Of a stretch of 64,000 nt of DNA, positions 11,373-22,766 are shown one piece after another; the stretch's first letter is position 1; each line of letters starts with the position of its first letter. A model generated the notes under the pieces. The model saw nothing but the letters and a program-made list of their open reading frames with translations. It made no database searches and had not been told where the DNA came from. A program made the position numbers and the translations under genes. Source of the DNA: Albugo candida (taxonomy: Eukaryota); the NCBI GenBank assembly GCA_040437565.1, contig JBDOQK010000002.1, positions 620,001 through 684,000 of the forward strand, in the 5' to 3' direction.

Positions 11373-14300
11373 CTATACAAGTTTCGCATACTCATCTCGA
11401 ACGATCTGTTTCGCGATCGCGAACATCCTTCCGGCCAGTTCTTCGTCTATATATGACCAATTGATACAAATCTGCCAGTCGATCGTGACAGATAATTCGA
11501 TAGATCGTGTTTTAATCCACAAATCTTGACGGTGCATAGGCGTATCAAATAACCATTGCTTTCCTTCCTCTACAATCAATTCAAGAATGTCCATGACATT
11601 AGCCTGAGGCTGTTCTTGATCGTCTTCTTCCTCATCAGAGGCAATTGAAGCCGATAAAAGAAAGGATATTCCCGATGAAGCAGGGTGAGTATCTTTCTTA
11701 CGCTTCCGAGTGGCTTTTTCTGGGACGTACTTCCATGACTTGCTGTATTGTAGATTGTGACGCGGTTTCTTCAGTCTTCGGATCCCCGCTCCAGTCGTCA
11801 TAAGCATCATTTTTCGTCTTGTTTCCGCTATGATAACGCCTTGCACATCTTGTGGGTTCTTCAGAAAGGTTTTGTGTATCCGAATGGGAATCGATCGAGA
11901 AGCGAAAGGTATGTGCATGGGACCATCGAGCGGTACGTGATCGATTTGCATGTGAGTTCCGATATACGGATCCTTTTTTAGCTGTGCCAACAAGTACTTC
12001 CCTATGAATTTATCATCATCAGACACTGTTGACGAAGAGAGTAAGACGTGCTTGGGCGCTAGCTGACGTGCCATGTCCACAATGCTCTTGGCATCGATCT
12101 CATTCCCGCATGGAAAGTAATGTACACCGCATTCGATCTCGATACCAAGCTTTTTGCTGGCTTCGCTCCGTTCTGGATCGGCATACAGCGAATAGCTCAC
12201 GTTTCCTGGACAACAGTCTTCCGATAACACAATGAGATTTCTTGGATCATTGGCCAACGCCTTTAAAACCCTGCAAGTATCTCCTTGGGCAATGTTGGCT
12301 GGAGTTGTAAAAACTAAGAAAGAAGAGGTTTTTCCTTGATCGTGCAGTAGTTTCCAGTCAAATGGTTGACAAAAAAAAGTCTTTTGCCCGTCACTTCCCA
12401 TATGCTTATTAAAGTCTGCTAAAACGTCCCGATATGCTTTAGACAGAATGGATGTTCCCAACAAACTCGACAATCGATCAGGATACTGAATCGCTGAATC
12501 CGTCNNNNNNNNNNNNNNNNNNNNNNNNNNNNNNNNNNNNNNNNNNNNNNNNNNNNNNNNNNNNNNNNNNNNNNNNNNNNNNNNNNNNNNNNNNNNNNNN
12601 NNNNTCGTCTTCTTCCTCATCAGAGGCAATTGAAGCCGATAAAAGAAAGGATATTCCCGATGAAGCAGGGTGAGTATCTTTCTTACGCTTCCGAGTGGCT
12701 TTTTCTGGGACGTACTTCCATGACTTGCTGTATTGTAGATTGTGACGCGGTTTCTTCAGTCTTCGGATCCCCGCTCCAGTCGTCATAAGCATCATTTTTC
12801 GTCTTGTTTCCGCTATGATAACGCCTTGCACATCTTGTGGGTTCTTCAGAAAGGTTTTGTGTATCCGAATGGGAATCGATCGAGAAGCGAAAGGTATGTG
12901 CATGGGACCATCGAGCGGTACGTGATCGATTTGCATGTGAGTTCCGATATACGGATCCTTTTTTAGCTGTGCCAACAAGTACTTCCCTATGAATTTATCA
13001 TCATCAGACACTGTTGACGAAGAGAGTAAGACGTGCTTGGGCGCTAGCTGACGTGCCATGTCCACAATGCTCTTGGCATCGATCTCATTCCCGCATGGAA
13101 AGTAATGTACACCGCATTCGATCTCGATACCAAGCTTTTTGCTGGCTTCGCTCCGTTCTGGATCGGCATACAGCGAATAGCTCACGTTTCCTGGACAACA
13201 GTCTTCCGATAACACAATGAGATTTCTTGGATCATTGGCCAACGCCTTTAAAACCCTGCAAGTATCTCCTTGGGCAATGTTGGCTGGAGTTGTAAAAACT
13301 AAGAAAGAAGAGGTTTTTCCTTGATCGTGCAGTAGTTTCCAGTCAAATGGTTGACAAAAAAAAGTCTTTTGCCCGTCACTTCCCATATGCTTATTAAAGT
13401 CTGCTAAAACGTCCCGATATGCTTTAGACAGAATGGATGTTCCCAACAAACTCGACAATCGATCAGGATACTGAATCGCTGAATCCGTCACGTAAATGGG
13501 TATGCTTGCGAGCTGATAATTCTTCCAGTATCGATAGAGTATGGTCATCAACTCTTGAATGAAGCCAGTGCGATGCACTGGAATGATGACTTTTCCACTA
13601 GCTTGCAAACTTTCCAAAATAGCTTTTACGAGATCGTTCTCCATCCCAGCCTTTGTTTCCGAGACTGATACCGCATATCGGCTACTCGTTAAAAGTAGAT
13701 CTGGATACAATCGTGGAATATCAGATGGCACTACTACACAGGTTCCATTATTATTAAATCCGTTGACGTAGAATAATGTAGTTGTCGAGGTAGGTGAGAT
13801 CATCTCAATATGAAAGCACGATCCTCCAAAAGTATGGCCTGCATGGTACGCTGTGATCATCAGGTTGTCATTGATTCGAGTCTTGGCTCTCAGAGAGACT
13901 GCGGTTGCCTTGTCAAAGGCTTTTGATATATCTTGAGCATCGAACAATGAGGATGAAGTCGAAGAAGAGTTTGTGCTCGGAGAGTTTGGATATCTCTCCT
14001 TCCTACGATCAATCGAATTATGAGCTGTGAGCTACTTCGCATGCTGACTAAAACGTACCAGAGATCAGATATGACTTTCTTAGAAAGCGCGCGTGTCGCA
14101 TGCGTCATTATTATACTTGTATCTGTGGATGATAGTATCTTCTCAGTGAGGTACGGAAGCATCCAGCATGAAGCCGGACGAGAATCACTAATCAGGATAG
14201 CATCCAAGGCATACAATTGCTTATCCGGTGATTTTTGATCACCAAAATCCATCAATGCCTTCAAGTAATGCCTTCGTTTCCTACCTCGAGAAGGTTCTTG

Positions 14301-14504
14301 ATCCGATGTGCGAGTACTTCCGGTACCCGAGCCGCGTGCAGTTCCCTTTCCAAAGTCATCTTCATAAAAACTTTCTTTCTTTTCAGAATCATTAACGTTA
14401 GATGGTATGTATTCACCACATCCGAGTAAAATAGTCGTGTTGGAGGCACTCTCACGAACGATAAAGGCAGCTCCATTGCCGAGCTGCTCGACACTCAACA
14501 CCAT
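11373..14504 (-). CDS. INTS11: Integrator subunit 11 / CPSF73-like MBL-beta-CASP protein with degenerate active site; internally duplicated by an assembly overlap
   Basis: IMTHATRA, AYHAGHTFG, GKVIIPV...QEL, DAKSI...LAPKHVLL, C-terminal WSYIDEELA; one intron about 14003-14058; ORFs 13890-14546, 12478-13947 and 11373-12629 join once the duplicate is removed. Confidence 0.75.
11620..13489. repeat. 885-bp direct duplication flanking a 100-N gap (11620-12504 = 12605-13489), probable assembly artefact
   Basis: Identical sequence either side of the gap at offset 985; duplicated ORFs in the track. Confidence 0.9.
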
Positions 14505-14679
14505 TCCAAGATATAGGACAGGACTTTGTATCCTAATATGGAGCAAGATACATTATATTATACTACATGCACGTGAACGGCAAGCCAAGACTCAATTTTA
14601 CACTTGATCGCAGAAGAACGACACCATTCATATACAACTAAACAATCATGTAGGTACTTGGAAAACCTGAAAACTGAAC

Positions 14680-17600
14680 TTACACCCATTCAAATGTCAT
14701 TTGAGCAGATGGACGCGCGCGAACACGTCTCGTCACTTTACGTTTGCGGAGCCATTGCCTGAGTCCAACGTTTTCTACACTCCAAGAGTCTCGTTCGCTT
14801 GGATCACTTTCTCGCATTTCGGTAGAGGCAATGCATGGCTGTGAGTAGTTTGTATCTCCTCGTGGTTCAAGCTCCAGTGATCGTGCATAGCGACTTTCCT
14901 CCGAGTTGTAAGGCAATTCCGCACGCAACATTTCCTACATTGAGAGATATGTCATTTCAACGATACGTGTACGTCTTGAGCAATACGAACATTGATCTTA
15001 AGATCCAAACAAAGCGCATAGGCCACAGATTTTTTGTGCATTATATCCAGCACGAGTTCACCAGAAGTAAACAAACGCTTACGGTTCACGTGTTTCTGCT
15101 CTGTGACAATTGGAATCTCACTCAGCGCAACAAAATTCTGCACAAATGACGAATGACATCAAGCAGTGTACTATTTCATTGAAAAACTTGACATTGTACC
15201 TGAAGATACAAGCCCAAATATGGCATACATGGGGCTGCTGACTCAATCATCATGCGATTTAATTCGCGGCATCCTTTGTCGCAAAGCAATTGCATTTTGT
15301 GCAATGACTCTTTTGCGCGATCATGTAGCTACAAAACCGTCACTTTGACTCACTCTCAAAGATAAAGCGATGAGACACGTACGCCTTCAAATGTCCTTCG
15401 CAGGCGATGTATTGCTGTCGATTGGATCGCATACAAGACAGCGGCTAACGTATCAAAGTTTCGCAATGTCAAGCAGTGTTTCGCAACCTATATGATAGCG
15501 ACGATTATTGCCTGTAGTTCCATAAATAAAACCTCACCTTGAGAAAAAAGCGTATATTTTTCCGTCTTCCCTCAGCCGTGGGTTGTGACAGTATTACATT
15601 GACCACAAATGCTAAAAGCTAGGCACAAGAAGCAGTCAGATGAAGATTCATCGCGTAATCAATTCACAATCGATTCCCACATGCTGAAACCACCGTTTGG
15701 CACAATGAAAATGTTCGGATCGATCAATGGGCTTGCTCTTCATAAAATCGTCCACTGGAACACACGATGAATGCATAAGTTGATTTGTGTTTCATCGATC
15801 AAATCGTAAACGTACCAGGGATATCAGAAAAGACCGCATGGGTCGCAATGGTGCAAAATTCTGCAAAACGGGTTGGGCTGATGAGTCTAAGCGAACAAAA
15901 CTTTGTCAGTAACAACTGGATACTGCCAACTCAATAGTTCACTCACGAAGCGATATTTGCTACAAATTTTTCTGTGGAATAGGATGACGAGATGCAATCC
16001 ACAATACTTTGACGTGCTCGTGGATAAATGTCATGTATCAAAGACTCATCTCCATATAGAGAGAAGCAAGCATTTAGCCTGTCTACGTATTTTGTCATCA
16101 AATTGGAAGCTTCGCTTATTGGACACTGATAATGCTGGGAAACTGCTTGAGAAAACTGCTGCCAAATATTAGTATTCATGGACTCATTTGGAAGCTTCAG
16201 AAATAAAAGAATGGCCACAAAAAACATAAATCCGCGAACTAGACACAATATGCGTGAGAGACACCGTCAATAATAGCCAAATACTAATTGTAGGACTTAC
16301 GTTTTACTTCTGACCTAGAATAAACATCCACCAGCTTCAAAACATCCTCCATAGAAGTCATCGAGTCAATGAAAAATATAAAGGAAACCACTTCACTGAA
16401 TTCCAACCATGGATTGGATAGGTATGTCTCCATCATTGTGTCCACGGTGGAATTTGATGTAGACAGTGCCAGAAGATTTGCTTTGACACGTTTCGGTGTT
16501 GTCATTTCTGACCAACAATTTTGAGAAGTTCTTAACAAAAGTTTTCTAGCACAATAAGCACTCTCGTTGTCATGGTATTCGTCCGCTGTGAAGGAGAAAA
16601 TATCTTTGTCGTCGCTCTTGAAACCCAACTTGCCGACTTCGCAAATACTTTTCCTTCGAGCTGCAAACAAAATACTTTGAAAGCCACGATACACAGCTGG
16701 CTGATCAAACATAGCTATAAGGTGACGAACTCCTCGACCAAGCATATCCAGTTGACTCAGATCACATCCAGCTGCCGAAAGGAGTCTCATGCAACTCTGT
16801 GCGCTTTCAGCATTGATATGCCCATTCGAGCATGACACGAGCGCTACGATGATTGGGTTCTCTCCAAAACGATTCGTCTTGTTTGGATTGGCCCCGGCAT
16901 TAAGCAAGCATTTAATCAAGTCTACTCTTCCATGCCGCGCAGCCATATGGAGCGCTGTGTCCCCATTAGAGGCTATGCTGTTCGGATCTGCTCCTTTGGA
17001 TACGAGAAGGTCCACAAGTTCTGTTTGCTGGGCCGACGTGCTTACAAGTAATGCAGTAAATCCCTCGGACCATGCAGTGTGATCAATAGTGCATCCTAGT
17101 GCCAAGACAGTGACAGCAGCCTCATACATGCCATTCTCACACATTGACATTAGCGGTGTGTATCCTCGATGATCAAGTGAATCTACTTCTGCGCCATGTT
17201 CAATCAATTTCTGTATGATGCGAGCTGTATCAACTGACTTTCCGGTGACATGAAGTGGTGTTTGCCCCAAGTGGTTCTTGATATTCGGATTTGCATTGTT
17301 TTCTGATAAAAAGCAGACTGCCTCATATCGTCCATGACAAGATGCTGCAAGGAGAGGACTACCTTCACTGGGTATCGGAACCAAGCCTAAAACTTGTTTT
17401 CCACGAGAACTTTCCCAATGTGTCACAGTATTCATATCAACCTGTTGGGCTGAAAGCCATCTCAATGAATCCAAATCGCCGCGTTTTGCTGCCAGACACA
17501 TTGAATAGTGCAAAATGTCAAGGTCCAACTCCAACTGATTATGATAATATTCTTCGCTGAAAAACGTCAGTCGTTTCGGTAAAGCTGCTTCTCGTACAAT

Positions 17601-19238
17601 GCTGCAAATGTTTTGAAGCGGCATAAAAAACACGGGTGTATCATTGACTGCCACGAGAGAGAGTCCAGTGTCAATAGCAAGACTCAGAGCAGCTTGAGAT
17701 TGTCGTTGAATATTATGCACGATAGCACCACGGCCATTCACATCCGTCGTTAGCTGGATGCCAATGTGCTCTGTAGAAATGGTAACAACTGAACGCGAAC
17801 ATTCTGGCGCTAGTAAATTCTCAGAAGTTATTGCCTCGGTTGATGGTTTGAAATCTATGATCCATTTGATTGCCTTCAAAAATGCTTTGACGGCTGGAAC
17901 TGCTGTGCTGCAGACGGGATGAGTCTTATACGTGGATTTGATGATGATACGCAATGATACAAGATCTTCAATCGCTGTAAGAGACACAGCATATCGAAAC
18001 ATCGCGCAAAGAGTGCTTTCCATCAACATGCTCAATGATCCATGTAAATGGGTTATACTAAGAGCGGCTTCTTTGCCTGCACATACAATAAATTCCAGCT
18101 TGTGAGATGGAAGTGATACATTATCGATTCCATCTATCGCCTGTATTATTGAACTCCATTTGCAGCCTCCAAGCATCTCTTCAGTCAGTCCGAAATCGAT
18201 GATATCTCGCTGTTTTTGTATCGTGATTCTGTTTTGATTAAGCTTCTCACGTAGCTTTCGAAGCTCTTTTGTTTGCAGTGAAGTATGCAGAACATCGACA
18301 TGGGGAATAAATACGCGGTCTTCAATCTGACGGCGTACAAGTTTGATCATCTCATTTCCGGGCAATACTTCCAAGTAAGGATCTTCATAAAGCTCTCGAT
18401 GATAGTGATCGATCACCGCACTCTCCACTTGCTCAATAAGTGAATTCATTATTGCAAGGATATGAAACCCAGTTGATGATCTTTTTTTTGCACTAGCTTT
18501 GAATTTGTGCAGCAACTTGACAATTTCTTTTCTCGTCACAAAAAACTTGTTGAGGTGACGAGCGACAGCAATTGATGCCATCCGTTCTTCAGGCGCAGTA
18601 AGATCAAATTCTGTTTTATCAGGTGGTGCCAATTGGCGTGTTGAACGTAAAACGCTAACCCATACCTCCGCTTCCAATTGCGTTTGCGCATGACAGAGTA
18701 GACGATAGAAACCTTTTCTTATCTCGAAACTATAAGCTCTGTTAGTTTTCCACGCATCTATGTATTGTATTCCGATTATTCCTTCATTCAACTTGATATA
18801 ACCCTTCATCTTCACATCCCCACGCTTCCTATAATACGCTAAGGTTCCGTCCGTATAGAGCACAAAGAATCGTACTCTCCAACTCTTCCTATCATATTAC
18901 ATAATACATTTAGTAAATCCAATAGTTGATAGGATAGTAATGTGTTCAAGGTACCAGAGATGTCCTTGCTTTCTAAGCCACCCCATTTTAATATATTCAC
19001 CCATAGCCAGCATTCGTGCATAGTGTCGCTCGTTTGCAAGTCGTCTCGCCTCCAGGCAGATCTCTTTCTGTTGCTCCAAGTGCCCAGTAGTGGACGATTG
19101 ATGTCGATGATGTAACGAGACAAAGTTCTGATTCAAGAGATTATTCTTTTCATATAAAGCTGGTGATCCTATTGGATTCTCTCCGATGTATTTATTTTCT
19201 GAAAAATAGACTTTCGGTTTAGCTTGTTGTGCTCGCAT
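14680..19238 (-). CDS. multidomain protein PH - VPS9-like - PDZ-like - ankyrin repeats - RasGEF (CDC25), multi-exon
   Basis: PH: IKMGWLRKQGHLW|KSWRVRFFVL...EAEVWV; VPS9-like: LPSHKLEFI; PDZ-like: GIQLTTDVNGRGAIV...LVAVNDTPV; ANK: GQTPLH, GYTPLM, GDTALHMAA; RasGEF exons: PTRFAEFCTIATHAVF, APCMPYLGLYLQ, YARSLELEPR. Confidence 0.8.
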
Positions 19239-19510
19239 CGTATCAAAGTCTCGACTTTTAGCAGAAAGAGAAGCTAGGCAGAATTTATTTTAAATCCTTT
19301 CATGTTCGTACTTGAGAGAGAAGTTACGTTCCAATATAGAGCGTGAGTGAAGAAACTAGGTATTAGAGTAGAGCCAAGCTATTTGAAACACTGATACAAG
19401 ACATGCACTGTACTCTCCTATACTTTACACGATGGATATCTGGATTTTGTCCACTAGATAGGATCATCGAATGTCAAAAATCATCCAGTGAAAAACTGGG
19501 CTGAAGTTGG

Positions 19511-19534
19511 AGTTGCAGTTGCAGTTGCAGTTGC
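19511..19534. repeat. (AGTTGC)4 hexamer tandem repeat in a divergent promoter
   Basis: agttgc x4, with degenerate units on both sides. Confidence 0.85.
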
Positions 19535-19570
19535 AATTGGTGCGGAGCGTTCAATTAGCGAAACACGAAA

Positions 19571-22500
19571 ATGAAGAAATCACTTGCGGAGGTCTTACAG
19601 GTAGATGAAATCACAATAAGGAATGCCTCACTATAGTTGAATTCGGGCCAGTTACCTCCCCAGAAACGATGGCATTTTTTGGAGCAAATCTCAACCACCC
19701 GCGATCTAACTTCACTCAAAAGCATCAATGTGCAAGAAAATGATGACAATACATCTTTGAGTTCTATGGTGAAGCTTCTTGGGCTGGAAGCAAGAAAAAG
19801 TAACCACAGCCATGTGAGTGTTGATTCATTGCCCCAAAACTTGTAAATGTCGGATTTTCTCATTAGGTGATCATAATATTGAGGTGAACTACATAATTGC
19901 GGCTAAAACAACCAGCTCACTTGATACGTCAGCAGAGTGATTCGGTGGGCCTTTGTGAGCTCTGAAGCAATCATGAAGGTGCTCGTCCAAGGAGGATTGG
20001 ATCAGATACTCCTTTCAACAATTAAGGATCTCTACAAAAAGTCTAATGGTGAGATTGCTTAATTAAATCATACGATTGTATTCAAATCCAGTCGGTGGCA
20101 CACAGAGGATCCGAACTACTTCATATATATTGAGCAAGTTTTCTCGATTTTGGCAGATTTGGTGAGTGCAATTATTTCACTTCTATTTATGCATTTGTAT
20201 TCTAAGAATGTAGTTCGAATGGGACTTTTTTGGAGCAAATCATTACAGCAGCTACATGGTTGTTATTCTACAAATTCTGAGTCTACCTCGTGACTGCGAA
20301 AGGAACTTATTCCCTGAAGTCGCCACTACTCTCATGTCTATGGCGTCAACCAATATTGCTCAAGTTTGTGACACCCTCAAAAGAAATCCAAAGATTGAGG
20401 GTGCTCTGAAGAAGCTGCTTCACAACCTTCCAGAAGCCAAGAGTTTCCACTTTGAAGCCTTGCTGCTGGAAATTGTTTATCGTATCTTCAGAATGACCAA
20501 GAAATCCGGAGACGTGGGATTCGGATTGAGATTTCTGGAGGCACTCCCTTTGGATCTACCATCGCAGCTAAAGCTAGTACTACCAAAAGTAAGCTGTACA
20601 ATGGGGTGCCCTTCTCCTTACTAACTCGATCTGCGAAGCAATTCAAAGACAGTACAAGAAAGCTGTTGAACTCGTTCAACAGCCAAGTCGGTATTGTCAA
20701 GTCATTCGAATTGAAAAATGTCGTGTGCCGCAACCTCAACAAAAAAGTATGCGCATACTTTCCTACCGTCGTAAGGATGACCGTTCTCACTTTAAGCAGA
20801 TTTATGAATGGAAAGCTCAATGGGTTGATATTGGAGGTGCAGCGATTGAAAGCGAAGTTGTATATCATGACGAAGGTGAATCTTTTCCGGGGATTATCAA
20901 GATCCCATTTGACGCAATAAAGAGTATCAAAGCTCTGACAACCACCAAAGCGGTATCTATAACATTTTGCGATGGTACTTCTCTCGGAGATATTCTAGAC
21001 GGTGGAAGGGATATGAACTGGGTTAAAGTCTTCGACTGCACTATCGAATTTTGTTTCGACTCAATGGTATGCAGATTCTCATGCCCTGCATAAATAGGAA
21101 TTCATGATTATTTGTTTAGACTTTTGCTCCTGCACTAGAAGCCATTGAGGCTCGATTGCAGAAGGGTACAAGAACAGGGTCTACTCTAGTCAAATGTGAC
21201 CCTATGCAGGAGTGTTTAATGCAAACCCCTGGGAAGCGGGCAAGCTGTGATTACACTGAAAATGTGAGTGCCCCGATTGTTCGTTTGTGGTAGCGATCAT
21301 CTCAAAGATGTCACCAGGATCCTGCTGAATCTTTTACTGGTTCAGAACTCAAATCCTTCCGAGCGGTATCCTCTCGTGTACCAACACGAGGTTCCTGTAT
21401 CTCATCATTTATCTCGACTTAGTGTTCCAGTGAAAATCATACAATGGAAATAATGGCGTTGGATAATAAGGTAGTCCCATATATAATGATGCCAATCAAA
21501 TCATAGAATTTGGTTCCTGTAGTCATCATCTCGTGAACGCAAGATCGAATGCTGTGGAGACTTGGCCCCCACAAAAAAGAAAAAGAAGAAGGCTTGCAAC
21601 GTGACATCTTCAAAGTCAGTAAAAACAGACAGGATATCAAGTGGAGCAAGATCTCATTATGAAGGCCATGGGAAAATTCAGAATCATTGTCAGCAACCCC
21701 AAACTGCTCAAAGGGAAAACAGCAATACAGCCTCTAAAGCAATTGTAACGGAGACCGTATGATCAGTTTCTACTATCTCAATCGCTCTTCTACATATTGC
21801 TTGTGTAGACTTGCAAAAAGGTAACATCGAATGATAAAGACAAAATTATTAGGAATCAGCACAACTTTCGCGCCAAAAGGTCCGACGTCGAATCGAAGCG
21901 AGTAAAAAATACGTGTCAGATAATTGAAAAGGAGGCTGAAAGAAATATCGGGGGAAAGAAGGAAGCTAAATCCAAGTTTGATAATGTCCAGCAAGTACAT
22001 GCCGATGCTATAGAGATATGCAAAATCTCGACAGAGGTCCGATTTATATTAGATCGTTTTCACCAAGGTAACAAATCTTGATAAGAGGGATGAAACTCGA
22101 GTCTCATTCGATCTCGCATCCAGTTGTAATGACTCCACTGGATATTGGAGAGGGAATCCAGAAAGACTATGACATTGTACAGCGCAATCTATACAAACAG
22201 ATGGGGAACATTATTGATAAAATCGTATGCTCGAGGCAATCATACTGCCAAAAATGCACTGATGACGGTTGCAAGAACTTTCTGGTGAAGTACGAACCAA
22301 AACTGGATTCGTTAGCGGAGGCATTAGAGCTCTTAGATAGTTTCTCAGCGATCTCACATGAGCAACAATGCAAGTACAATGAGCGCAAAGAAACCGAGCA
22401 ACAAATACTTCACCGCCAATCACAAATTGCAGACGCGATTGATTCATTGAGCTCGATCCACCATGATAATAAAACGGAAGTCGAAGAAATTCATGCAAGC

Positions 22501-22671
22501 TTTGCACAAACGAAAGATCAATTTCGTCATCATATGCGGAAGATAATGAAAAAGATAAAAGCACAATCAGATTCGCATCTAAAGGAAGCCAGTAGTCGTA
22601 TGAAGAGTATTGAAGATTCTTTCAGTTCAGATGATTTGATGGCTATGCAGCAAATGCTTTCAAAACTATAA
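19571..22671 (+). CDS. multi-exon hypothetical protein: helical N-terminus, beta-rich middle domain, disordered linker, C-terminal coiled coil (candidate SYCP2/Red1/ASY3-like)
   Basis: Chain of GT-AG-bounded exons through ORFs 19637, 20256, 20725, 21562 and 22078; family assignment is inference. Confidence 0.6.
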
Positions 22672-22766
22672 CGTGACCAATATGATTGCAATATGTGCCA
22701 TTTTCAGTTCTTGTCTACAGCTGTCTCCTCGGAAAAGGCACATAATAGCCCTCGGACTGTTATACA

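Noticed and set aside
11620-13489. Internal beta-CASP domain duplication in INTS11
   Set aside because: Same gap-flanking duplicate pattern; a single copy gives a continuous frame
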